IMG/VR virus record: IMGVR_UViG_3300033121_002338
Coordinates: 19,342 to 83,341 of that record
Strand: one strand, 5' to 3'
Source: a virus
Taxonomy: Duplodnaviria > Caudoviricetes
Length of the DNA: 64,000 nucleotides
Positions 1 to 9,057 of this stretch are shown in pieces (the first letter of the stretch is position 1; every line of letters begins with the position of its first letter). The position numbers were made by a program, and so were the translations under genes. The notes beneath the pieces are model-generated. The model was not told the origin of the DNA and did not search any database. It was given only the letters and a program-made list of their open reading frames with translations.

Positions 1-45
1 CGTGCAGATGGCGGAAACGAACGTAATCGATCTTAACCATAGGGG

Positions 46-462
46 TTAGCTCGCTGGAAAATAGAGGGTACCGTACGGCCCATCTGACTCTCTCGTCTGG
101 TAAAATAGTCGCCGCAGGTGATCAGCATGATCGTCCCGAAGGGCCTGGACCAGACGCTCTAACCAGTCGAAGGCGTCCGGCTCCATCAAATCGATCATAT
201 ATTGGTCGTAGTGGACTTTGATCTTGTTGGTTATGCGTACTAGGTTGTTGACTTCCGGGCGTCTTATCGAGCAGGCAGCGGTGATTGTGGCCAATCCGGC
301 GCCGACAGTTACCGACAAGATCGGTTCGCCGTAGGAATACCCTGACCACTTGTCGATTCCTGATTTAAACAATCCGGGGAAGCGATCGCCCAAGAAGGTG
401 TAAACGCCTCCTGCGATTTCTTCTGCGGCGATGTTCACTGGGGTTTCTTTTTCTTCAGCCAC
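46..462 (-). CDS. Hypothetical small protein, DP-motif family
   Basis: 138-aa ORF; IDLMEPDAFDWLERLV resembles the motif seen in several other small ORFs. Confidence 0.6.
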   Translation of the reverse strand: MAEEKETPVNIAAEEIAGGVYTFLGDRFPGLFKSGIDKWSGYSYGEPILSVTVGAGLATITAACSIRRPEVNNLVRITNKIKVHYDQYMIDLMEPDAFDWLERLVQALRDDHADHLRRLFYQTRESDGPYGTLYFPAS

Positions 463-662
463 TTATGGGCCTCGTGGAGACGATCACCAAAAGCCTGTAG
501 GTTCTTCAAGTTCTGACTCGCCATGAGTTCCTTGGCGATGAACTCCCCTTTGTGGTTGGTGCCGCAGGTTAAGACTAACAATCGCCTGGCTTCTTCTTCG
601 GTATCGACTGAGTAGACCGGTAGGAAACCGCGTGGACAGGTACGACCGTACCTGACCACCAC
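435..662 (-). CDS. Hypothetical protein
   Basis: 75-aa ORF overlapping the next minus-strand gene; protein-like composition. Confidence 0.55.
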   Translation of the reverse strand: MVVRYGRTCPRGFLPVYSVDTEEEARRLLVLTCGTNHKGEFIAKELMASQNLKNLQAFGDRLHEAHKWLKKKKPQ

Positions 663-751
663 GGCTCAATAGATCTTAATTGGCTGACTCAGACGATCTC
701 GCGTTTGTCTGCCCATTGCTTATCTCCAGTGACTTTTAGGATACCCAGTCA

Positions 752-760
752 CAAAAATAC
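752..760 (+). promoter_or_regulatory. Candidate late-promoter box CAAAAATAC
   Basis: CAAA(A/G)ATA(C/T) recurs upstream of several virion genes; 14 nt before ATG 775, with GGGAG RBS between. Confidence 0.4.
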
Positions 761-774
761 ATCAGGGAGATTTT

Positions 775-1413
775 ATGCCTGTTTATCGTTACGGTGTGGA
801 AACCACCAGCCAGCCCGATGGGAACTTATTTGATGCTTCCCACCCGGACTTCCGGAGTGAAGCCCAGCAGAGGCACACCCCATTAGCATTGCACGATTCG
901 GATAGCAATGACCTCAAATTGGCCAGGAAGCTGGCTGAGGAAATGATCAATGTCTCCGGCGCTGAGGTCAAGGTCTATGTCCGCACCGAGAACGCTGATT
1001 ATGACCGGCTTTGGGACGCCGACCCGGACCCAACTTACTGGAACCCGGTCCCGATGAAGGCCTTCTTCAAACCGGCGCCACTAGAGATGGAACTTAAGAA
1101 GTGGGGAGCGGACAACACCAACCGGACCGAGATTGTTTTCAACCACCAACAGCTATATCGGTGCTTTGGCGAGAGAATGCTCAGGGTGGGCGACGTTGTC
1201 CAGGTCCCCTACAACGCTGCCACCGAGAGCCTGAACCCGAAATATTACAGAGTCACTAATGCTACGCCATCTGGCAATTTTCGTTATAACTGGCTGTACT
1301 TGACCTGCCAGGCTGAGGTCCTAACTGCCGACATGACCGTGCGGCCGGCTGACGCCAGTCCGATGCCGTTCGATGAAATGGCGGAAAAGAAAGGCGGATA
1401 CCGTGAGAGCTAA
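775..1413 (+). CDS. Neck/head-closure protein (T4 gp14-like)
   Basis: LARKLAEEMINVSGAEVKVY...LWDADPDP...LKKWG pattern; position before tail terminator and sheath. Confidence 0.7.
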   Translation: MPVYRYGVETTSQPDGNLFDASHPDFRSEAQQRHTPLALHDSDSNDLKLARKLAEEMINVSGAEVKVYVRTENADYDRLWDADPDPTYWNPVPMKAFFKPAPLEMELKKWGADNTNRTEIVFNHQQLYRCFGERMLRVGDVVQVPYNAATESLNPKYYRVTNATPSGNFRYNWLYLTCQAEVLTADMTVRPADASPMPFDEMAEKKGGYRES

Positions 1414-1669
1414 AGACCAGTGCAAGAATCTGGATTCCAGATTGGAACTAGTTAAGCATCAACTGTTTAACCAAATTGCTGGTGCTATCCAGGCCAAGAT
1501 CAAAGAGGACACTGGAATAGAGGTTGATTTGATCGGCAAGAATGAGGTTGGCGGCGAGATCAAGGCGACTCTGGTCGGGCAAACTGGTGACAGCGAGGCT
1601 GTCGATAAAGCTGATCGGACCATGCAGCAGCTGCGGAACCCGGCCAATTTTACTAATTTAGTCAGGTGA
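1403..1669 (+). CDS. Hypothetical protein
   Basis: ORF between neck and tail-terminator genes; GTG start at 1403 inferred. Confidence 0.55.
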   Translation: MRAKDQCKNLDSRLELVKHQLFNQIAGAIQAKIKEDTGIEVDLIGKNEVGGEIKATLVGQTGDSEAVDKADRTMQQLRNPANFTNLVR

Positions 1670-1673
1670 GTCT

Positions 1674-2546
1674 TTGCCACTCCATGATTTCAACTCTGAT
1701 GTCGGAATGCCGGCCGCCGACCTTCGCGCTTCTCTCCCCCACGGAGCCGCTGAGGTCCCGGGTGTCCGGCAGGTCTCTCATGTACAGGGCGGTCGGACCG
1801 ATATTGCCGGCTCCGACTTTATGTCGTACCCCTATAACCTCGAAGAGTTCCTGCAACCTGGTTTTCGGGCGCTAGATGATGCTATGAAACAATATTGGTC
1901 AGGTATCCGGGTACCGACCAAGGACTCATATAGGTTTATGCGGGTTAAGATTGCCGGTGGTGATAAATCGTTGTTGGTTTGGGCCGATGAGCTCAAGGAC
2001 GGGCGGGCTCGGCTGCCGCTGGCGGCGATCGACAGGACTTCGGCAGAGTTCAACCCAGAGAAGTACAGTCCGGCTTACCATGCCATGACGGCCCGGTACG
2101 TCAGCACCAGAGGTAATCTGGCCGCCAAAGTCTACCGTCCTGTGCCGTTCCTGGTTGACTACACTTTGACGATCTGGGCTGAGCATAAACGTGATGCCGA
2201 GTATATCATCTACCAGGTTTTGACTCGTTTTAATTCGTTGGCCGAATTTCGGATGAGCGATGGGAAGATTGAAGGGAATGTCCAGCTTCGTTTGGGCGGC
2301 TCCCAGGATACCAGCGATAAGGAAACAGGGCACGATCAACATGCAAATATTAGATACGAGGTAACTACTACTGCTGAGGCGTGGCTGCCCCTGCCGGAGA
2401 AGATCGTCCCGACCGTCTTGGGTCGTGTGACCCTGCTCAAGGAACGGCTTGGTGATATTCTCTTGGCCGGTAAAGGTTCCAGCAGCTTGACTAACCAGTG
2501 GGTGGAACCAGTTCAGAACGCAACCCAGGCTCAACAAACCGTCTAA
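1674..2546 (+). CDS. Tail terminator/completion protein (T4 gp15-like)
   Basis: RLPLAAIDR...PVPFLVDYTLTIWA...QVLTRFN motifs; synteny; true start may be a later ATG. Confidence 0.7.
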   Translation: MPLHDFNSDVGMPAADLRASLPHGAAEVPGVRQVSHVQGGRTDIAGSDFMSYPYNLEEFLQPGFRALDDAMKQYWSGIRVPTKDSYRFMRVKIAGGDKSLLVWADELKDGRARLPLAAIDRTSAEFNPEKYSPAYHAMTARYVSTRGNLAAKVYRPVPFLVDYTLTIWAEHKRDAEYIIYQVLTRFNSLAEFRMSDGKIEGNVQLRLGGSQDTSDKETGHDQHANIRYEVTTTAEAWLPLPEKIVPTVLGRVTLLKERLGDILLAGKGSSSLTNQWVEPVQNATQAQQTV

Positions 2547-2797
2547 TGGAGATTGTGGTGGCTAAAGCTAAGAAAAAGTCTGCGATGGTGCGACTTTACA
2601 ATTGCTCTAAGCAGATGATCCCGCTCCAGGTCAGAGCCCCGGGTTCCGATTTCTTCTCGAACGAGCAGCAAGTTCGTTTGAACCCCGGCCAGGACGTGAT
2701 GCTACCGAAATCCTACCTCCGCGAAGACCAGATCGAGAACCTGCGGAAGCGGCGGATGGTCCAGGTCAACTACGACAGTGAAGCGGCGGCCGAGTAA
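2546..2797 (+). CDS. Small hypothetical protein preceding the sheath
   Basis: TAATG overlap with the upstream gene; 83 aa. Confidence 0.6.
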   Translation: MEIVVAKAKKKSAMVRLYNCSKQMIPLQVRAPGSDFFSNEQQVRLNPGQDVMLPKSYLREDQIENLRKRRMVQVNYDSEAAAE

Positions 2798-3234
2798 ACC
2801 GGCTTGACGTGGCCTAATCAGAACAAGAAGAAATGAGCTTGTTGATTTCCTGCCCCGAGTCCCAGAATTTCCTGTAACCGTGATTGAATAGGTTCTGGGC
2901 CTCGGTTGATTTCGGGTCGAACGACGACAGGAAATTAACCAATTTGTGTTTCTGGCTTGTCTTGTACAGCTCAACGAAACCCAACTTCTTATGGCCGGCT
3001 TGCGGCATTCGAAGCACGACCACGGGTCGGCCGTGCCTTTCCTGAACGCCAGTGATTCTTAAGGCTTATCTTGGTCGGCTGCTTGTAGGTGTCACATTTG
3101 GCCATTAGTGTAATGGCTACTCCTTTCGCAAAGATATCTGGACAATTGATGACCTGGGGTCAGCCAGAATGGTGTCTTTGCGAGATGCCACAGTAAACTC
3201 CGGCAAAGATGAATTACCTGAGAGGTAAATACGC

Positions 3235-6081
3235 ATGGCAGTTTTCCTTTCGCCCGGAGTCTTCCCCCGGGAAATCGACCTAAGCATTCTCCCGACCGCT
3301 GTTGGCCCGCTGCGGCCCGCGTTCATCGGTACCGCCCAGAAGGGTCCGCTGAACGAAGCTGTCTTCATCAGCACCTCCCAACAGGCTCTCGACACCTTTG
3401 GTGAGCCATTCCCAGAATCCTACCTGATGTACGCGGTGCTCAGTTACCTCGAAGAGGGGAACGAGTGCTACGTGATGCGGGTCGGCGTCGAATGCCAAGA
3501 AGGGCAACCCGACGAATTATCCTCAATCTGCATCGACACCAGCGGCGCCCGCGGCACCGGTTGGGGTCGCATCCCGCTGTTCACTGGGATTGACTACGGT
3601 CGGCTGAACCTGCGGGTGGTTAGCACCGACGCCCCGCTCGCCTTTCATGCCGCCAGCGTCAGCGATATCGACTACCAGGACGTGGTGGTGAGCACCACCG
3701 ATGGTGCGACTAGCGCCACCCTGAACATCGTCGGCACCTACACCGGCGACATCGACGACTCGTTCGTCATGGTGATCACTGGGGCTCCAACCGCCTCCGA
3801 CGCCGCTAGCGTTGAAGGTGCCACCTTCCAAGTCATCCGCAACTCGGACGGTGAAGTGGTCGCCTCCGGGACCATGGACGATTTCGACTACAACGGCACC
3901 AGCCAGGCCATCGACCTCGAAAACGGTCTGACTGTCCAAGTCGTAGTCACCGCCGGTGTGATCGACGAGAACGACACTTTCAGCTTCAAGGTGGCTCCGG
4001 ACAACCGGAAATTCACCGTTGATGTTGAGGGGGTGGCCGGCACTCAGCACACGATGCCGACCGCCACCTACACCACCGCCGCCGACTTCGTCACCGCTTT
4101 CAACAACCTACTGTCGGGTGACGGCTACCTGATGGTGGAGTTCACCCTGGAAGACGGCGAAACCGTCATCCCCCAACTGCGGACCACGGTTGCCGGCAAC
4201 CGAATCCAGCTCATGGGGACCTCAGGGTTTGCCCTGGAAGTCGGCAGCCAGCAGTATGCCTGGGATATCCCACGGTCTTACCTGCTCGGCGTGGACCCAG
4301 GCCCGTTCGATATCACCGCCCAAAACAACCGGGTCAAACTCAACCTGGTCGGGACCGACACCACCAAGACAATTGAATTCAACGTTCCAGTCGGGCTGGC
4401 CCAGACTGCCGATAGCCTGGCCACCTCCGTCAACGTGACCGGCGTCGTGGCCGGCGAAACCCTGTACGAGTCGTTCGCCCTGACGGTCCCGGGCGGCTCA
4501 GAGCACGTGGTTATCGTCACCAGCCCCGACCACGAATTCGACACGCTCTCGCTCCTGGCAACCTTCTCCAACCTCAAGACCCTCCGCTTCGCCGAGGAAC
4601 TTGAAATCCCCTACCCGTACCAACGGGCCTACCGGGGCTTTCGCGACAACCGGCTAGTCCTGCCGGCCTCAGGGCAGATCACCGCCGCCACCCCGCTGTC
4701 CTGCGAGACCTCACCGCTCTCCAGTGACTGCGCCTCCGACACCGCCTACTTCCAGAACGTGGTGGGCTGGCTGGTCGCCCCGTCACCGGGGACCTGGGTG
4801 GACGGCGTGACCGCCTCGCTCGAAGTCTTCGTGACCGGCACCACCCCAGCCGGCCGCTACAAGCTGACCGTCAAGGACGCCAACCGTTCCGTCCTCGAAA
4901 TCGTAGAGAACGTCAGCTTCGACAAACGGGATGACCGCTACATCGGCAACGTCGTCAACCCCGGCACCAAGTACGGTGGCCGGAACGGCAGCGCCTACGT
5001 CCAATGGGAAGAGCGGCCAGCCTTCCTCAACAACAACGCCAGCGCCACCGACTTCGAAGTCCGCTACCCATCCCAGTTCACCGAACGGGCCTACCTCGGC
5101 CAGGCCAACGGCATCCCGACCGACCCGGCCTTCAGCTCTGAACTGGACGCCGCGGTGATCGGCAACCCAGCCACCTCCAGTGGCCTGTACGCCTTCCAAA
5201 ACCCGGAAGCGGTAGACATCAACCTGCTCTGCACCCCCGGTTTCTCAACCGGTGCGGTGATCGGCACCGCACTCCAGATGTGTGAATCCCGCGGCGACGT
5301 CCTCTACCTGGTGGACCCGCCGTTCGGCCTGCGGCCACAACAGGCAGTGGACTGGCACAACGGCATGCTGCTCTCCGACCTGCGGGCAGCCATCAACTCA
5401 AGCTACGGTGCCCTCTACTGGGGCTGGGTGCGGATCTTCGACCAGTTCAGCAACGACGAAATTTGGGTCCCGCCCTCCGGCCACGTGACCGCCGTCTTTA
5501 GCCGGACCGCACGGGATGCCGAGTCCTGGTTCGCCCCGGCTGGCCTCAAGCGTGGCCGGCTTCTGACCGCGCTGGACGTCGAATACTCGCCGACCCAGGG
5601 CGAGCGCGATCTGCTCTACGGTTCTGGGAACGCCGTCAACCCGATCGTCAAGTTCCCGCAAGACGGGATCGTGATCTGGGGGCAGCGGACCTTACAGCGG
5701 ACCCAGTCGGCCCTGGACCGCGTCAGCGTCCGGATGCTGATGATTCACATTAAGAAGAACTTGGTCCGCCTACTGCGGAACTTCATCTTCGAACCGAACG
5801 ACAAGATCCTGTGGAAGCAGGTCATCGCCACTATCGACCCCTTCCTGGCTGATATCCAAGCTCGGCGAGGCCTCCAAGCCTACCGGGTGATTGTTGATGA
5901 GACCAACAACACTCCGGAGAGAATCGATCGAAACGAACTGTGGATCTCAGTCTTCCTGAAGCCCACGCGGACGGTCGAATTCGTGGTGCTGAACCTGGCC
6001 GTGCTGCGGACCGGGGCCAGCTTCTCGGCCGAGGAGGTCCTGGCTGCCGCAGGGATCGTTTCGGCTTCAACTTCAGTGTAA
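3235..6081 (+). CDS. Contractile tail sheath protein (gp18-like), 948 aa
   Basis: N-terminal FLSPGVFPREIDLS...FIGTAQKGPLN; C-terminal WVPPSGHV, WFAPAGLKRG, VIWGQRTLQ, FIFEPND, IVDETNNT, LKPTRTVEFV; GAGG RBS. Confidence 0.97.
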   Translation: MAVFLSPGVFPREIDLSILPTAVGPLRPAFIGTAQKGPLNEAVFISTSQQALDTFGEPFPESYLMYAVLSYLEEGNECYVMRVGVECQEGQPDELSSICIDTSGARGTGWGRIPLFTGIDYGRLNLRVVSTDAPLAFHAASVSDIDYQDVVVSTTDGATSATLNIVGTYTGDIDDSFVMVITGAPTASDAASVEGATFQVIRNSDGEVVASGTMDDFDYNGTSQAIDLENGLTVQVVVTAGVIDENDTFSFKVAPDNRKFTVDVEGVAGTQHTMPTATYTTAADFVTAFNNLLSGDGYLMVEFTLEDGETVIPQLRTTVAGNRIQLMGTSGFALEVGSQQYAWDIPRSYLLGVDPGPFDITAQNNRVKLNLVGTDTTKTIEFNVPVGLAQTADSLATSVNVTGVVAGETLYESFALTVPGGSEHVVIVTSPDHEFDTLSLLATFSNLKTLRFAEELEIPYPYQRAYRGFRDNRLVLPASGQITAATPLSCETSPLSSDCASDTAYFQNVVGWLVAPSPGTWVDGVTASLEVFVTGTTPAGRYKLTVKDANRSVLEIVENVSFDKRDDRYIGNVVNPGTKYGGRNGSAYVQWEERPAFLNNNASATDFEVRYPSQFTERAYLGQANGIPTDPAFSSELDAAVIGNPATSSGLYAFQNPEAVDINLLCTPGFSTGAVIGTALQMCESRGDVLYLVDPPFGLRPQQAVDWHNGMLLSDLRAAINSSYGALYWGWVRIFDQFSNDEIWVPPSGHVTAVFSRTARDAESWFAPAGLKRGRLLTALDVEYSPTQGERDLLYGSGNAVNPIVKFPQDGIVIWGQRTLQRTQSALDRVSVRMLMIHIKKNLVRLLRNFIFEPNDKILWKQVIATIDPFLADIQARRGLQAYRVIVDETNNTPERIDRNELWISVFLKPTRTVEFVVLNLAVLRTGASFSAEEVLAAAGIVSASTSV

Positions 6082-6086
6082 TAACC

Positions 6087-6124
6087 AAAAGGCCACAGAT
6101 TCCATAAGGGTCTGTGGCCTTTTT
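6087..6124 (+). terminator. Intrinsic (possibly bidirectional) terminator after the sheath
   Basis: AAAAGGCCACAGA-11 nt-TCTGTGGCCTTTT, 13-bp stem with A and T tracts. Confidence 0.85.
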
Positions 6125-6161
6125 CGTGTATTTCGATTAATGCACTGTGGATGTCAATGAG

Positions 6162-7784
6162 ATGATCAACTGGCAGAAGACGGAAATCAAGTATGGAATT
6201 ACCAACAATTCAGCCCGTTCCAAGTCCAAAGTCGTCGTCGAATGCGACGAATGTGGGGTTGAAGCCGATAGGATATACTGTTCGGTTAAACAGACACTTA
6301 AACGCACTGCTGGTCGGCTCTTCTGTCATAACTGTGCTACTAAAAGCCAACAATTTAAGGACGGTTGTGCGACACGGGCCGCCAAGAAATGGCAGGATCA
6401 GGAATATATTGCCAATAATTTGAGCGCAGTCCGATCCCCTGAGTATCGTGAACAGAAGCGGTCAGAATCGGCTGAACGTTGGTCGGATGCTGACTTTCGG
6501 GCCAAGATGACCACACACGAGATGATTGAGGCCAGACGCAGAAATAGCAGCATCGCGGCTAAGAACCTCTGGGCGCAACCTGAATACCGAGCTAAGTTGA
6601 TTGGTAAGCTACGCGAGAGGATGATCGAGACCTGGCAGCGTCAGGACTATCGTACCCACATGTCGGCCATTCAATCTGGCAACACTAAATCGTTGTGGGA
6701 AGATGGCGCTTTCGCTGACTGTTTCGACGACGCCTTTAAGGAGAAAATGGCGGCCATCAACAGGGAGATTCTTTCTCGACCCGAAGTGCTGGAGAAGTTG
6801 ACTGAGGCTGGCAGAGCGAATTGGGAAAACGATGAGTATCGCCAGGCGGTGATCGCAGGAAATAAGGCGAGATGGCAGAATGAAGAACACCGCGAGCTTA
6901 TGGCACAGATTAGATCCGGTCAACCACGTCAAAGCACACAACAGCAGTTATTGTATCAATTTCTGGGGGATCTAGGTGTCACTTATTACCGTGAAGGCCA
7001 AGAGACTAAGATTGGCTACTTTGTCTTCGACTGCCTGGTGGAACATCAGGGACTGAAGATCCTGATCGAGTGTCAGGGTGATTACTGGCATTCCTTACCA
7101 GGTTCAGCCAGCCGTGACAAAGCCAAGTTCACCTACGTTGACCGATACTTCCCAGAGTACGAGGTCATGTACATCTGGGAACATGAATTCTATACCAAGG
7201 ACCGGGTCCTAGACAGATTGAAATTGAGACTCGGCTTGTCGGTCGAAACTGTTGATTTCCGTTTCCAAGACATCCAAATTAAAGAGGTCTCGGCGGGTGA
7301 GGTGAAGTCGTTCCTGGACGCCTACCACTACATCGGTAAAGGTAGAGGTGGTAAGACCTATGGGGCTTACCTGGGAGATCTGCTGGTAGCCTGTGTCGTG
7401 TTCAGCCCGCCACTCCGGCAGAACATGGGGGCGTTCGGCGAATTCAGAGAGTTATCTAGATGCTGTATTCACCCGTCTTACCACCGCAAGAACTTCGCTA
7501 GCTGGTTTATCAGCCGGTCGTTGCGGCTGGTCGGCGGGAAGGTGGTGGCCTATGCGGATAGTACGGTTGGTCACACTGGGGCCATCTATAAGGCCTCGAA
7601 CTTCAAACTTCATCATGAGGTGGACCCGGATTATTGGTATGTGGATGGCGATGGTTTTGTGATGCATAAGCGGACGCTATATGGCCGTGCGGTCAAGATG
7701 GGGATGGCCGAGTCGGAGTTTGTTGCCGCTTACGGGTACGTCAAAAAGTTCGGCGGCCCTAAGAGATGTTTTGTGTATGGCTGA
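6162..7784 (+). CDS. Zn-finger/helical-repeat/Vsr-like endonuclease/Mom-like GNAT fusion, copy 1
   Basis: CxxC..CxxC; W-x3-(E/D)-(Y/F)-R repeats; FDC...IECQGDYWH; YHY, ELSR, YAD..GHTGAIYKASNF. Start at ATG 6162 chosen by similarity to the MIDW starts of copies 4 and 5. Confidence 0.85.
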   Translation: MINWQKTEIKYGITNNSARSKSKVVVECDECGVEADRIYCSVKQTLKRTAGRLFCHNCATKSQQFKDGCATRAAKKWQDQEYIANNLSAVRSPEYREQKRSESAERWSDADFRAKMTTHEMIEARRRNSSIAAKNLWAQPEYRAKLIGKLRERMIETWQRQDYRTHMSAIQSGNTKSLWEDGAFADCFDDAFKEKMAAINREILSRPEVLEKLTEAGRANWENDEYRQAVIAGNKARWQNEEHRELMAQIRSGQPRQSTQQQLLYQFLGDLGVTYYREGQETKIGYFVFDCLVEHQGLKILIECQGDYWHSLPGSASRDKAKFTYVDRYFPEYEVMYIWEHEFYTKDRVLDRLKLRLGLSVETVDFRFQDIQIKEVSAGEVKSFLDAYHYIGKGRGGKTYGAYLGDLLVACVVFSPPLRQNMGAFGEFRELSRCCIHPSYHRKNFASWFISRSLRLVGGKVVAYADSTVGHTGAIYKASNFKLHHEVDPDYWYVDGDGFVMHKRTLYGRAVKMGMAESEFVAAYGYVKKFGGPKRCFVYG

Positions 7785-7807
7785 TGATCGTCCACGGGTG
7801 TGTCGCA

Positions 7808-8251
7808 ATGGGTTTCTGTGAATTGGTCGCTCATGGCTTGGTTGCTAGTCTCGAAGCCGCGGTCCCCTGTGTGGTGGAGGCTCCGTCTGTTGAGCCAAGC
7901 GACTGGGCCAATGTTCACATTCAAGGGCTGGGCAATGAATCAGCCACAATCACAGTTTGGAATGGACGATTGTTACTGGCTAAATTCAATAATTCGCTTC
8001 GTTATCGGCAGATACGGCGCGACTGTGCCTATAATTGTTGCGGTCGGATTTTGAATAAGCCGCTGCACGATCCGGAGGCGATCGATTGGATTATTGCTCA
8101 GGTGATTCGTGTGATTTTGAAAGACCATTCTTGTTTATATAATTTCGCGACTGATGCTGCCAGGCGGCAGTTGCTGTGGGAAACATGGCGCTTGGACCAG
8201 AGAAATTTTGCGTTTGGTCGTCCGCACTACTTGCATGAGGGGTTGTTTTGA
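7808..8251 (+). CDS. Hypothetical protein, DP-motif family
   Basis: PLHDPEAIDWIIAQV; directly downstream of copy 1; start uncertain. Confidence 0.55.
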   Translation: MGFCELVAHGLVASLEAAVPCVVEAPSVEPSDWANVHIQGLGNESATITVWNGRLLLAKFNNSLRYRQIRRDCAYNCCGRILNKPLHDPEAIDWIIAQVIRVILKDHSCLYNFATDAARRQLLWETWRLDQRNFAFGRPHYLHEGLF

Positions 8252-9018
8252 ACTGGATTGATCAGATCGGGCAGCATGAATGCAAGGTCTTCTCCCAGAA
8301 CGGCGAGGACGGCGTCATCGAATTTATCTTCGCCAACATTGGCACCACCAATAAACGCTACGTCGAATTCGGTTGCGACGGCGGCCACGAGTGTCAGGCC
8401 CGTTACCTTACTGAACAGTGTGGTTGGTCTGGGTTGCTGATGGATGGGGGTGATTGGGGGCCGTCAGTCACGAAAGAATTTATTACCGCCGAGAACGTCA
8501 ACGACATCTTTATTAAGTATGGTGTTCCGAGAGAACCCGACCTGCTCTCCATCGACATCGACGGCAACGACTACTGGGTTCGTAAGGCCCTGATGGATTA
8601 CCGGCCGCGCGTTATCGTTCATGACTACAATGGTCTGTTCAAGCCGCCCGTTTCCATCACGATTGCCTATGATCCACAGTTCGTGTGGTCCGGTAACGAC
8701 TACGCTACCGCGAGTTTGGCGGCTTTTGTTAAGCTCAACAAGACTATGGGCTATACCTTAGTCTATTGCGAAAAAAATGGGGTGAATGCTTTCTTTATCC
8801 GCGACGACCTAATCAAGGGGCTCAAAATCCCAGCTATGGAGGACCTGTGGCGACCGCTGTTGATCCCGCCACGTGACCCGGTCCATGAGTGGCGAAAGCG
8901 TTGGGTTGAGGTGGTGCTAGAGGGAGGGGTTCTGGTTGAACGGGTTTTGGAGCCCACTCCCTGGTTGGTCGATCATCCGTTTAGAAAGTCTATCCCTGCT
9001 GATCGTCTATTGCGATAA
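8248..9018 (+). CDS. FkbM-like SAM-dependent methyltransferase
   Basis: SQNGEDGVI, YVEFG, GWSGLLMDG, FITAENVN, DLLSIDIDGNDYWV motifs. Confidence 0.8.
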   Translation: MNWIDQIGQHECKVFSQNGEDGVIEFIFANIGTTNKRYVEFGCDGGHECQARYLTEQCGWSGLLMDGGDWGPSVTKEFITAENVNDIFIKYGVPREPDLLSIDIDGNDYWVRKALMDYRPRVIVHDYNGLFKPPVSITIAYDPQFVWSGNDYATASLAAFVKLNKTMGYTLVYCEKNGVNAFFIRDDLIKGLKIPAMEDLWRPLLIPPRDPVHEWRKRWVEVVLEGGVLVERVLEPTPWLVDHPFRKSIPADRLLR

Positions 9019-9055
9019 TTGGGGTGCAATCCAAATTTGGATTGCACCCCAATTA
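9016..9055. repeat. Perfect 40-bp palindrome between convergent genes
   Basis: TAATTGGGGTGCAATCCAAA/TTTGGATTGCACCCCAATTA, no spacer. Confidence 0.9.
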
Positions 9056-9057
9056 GT

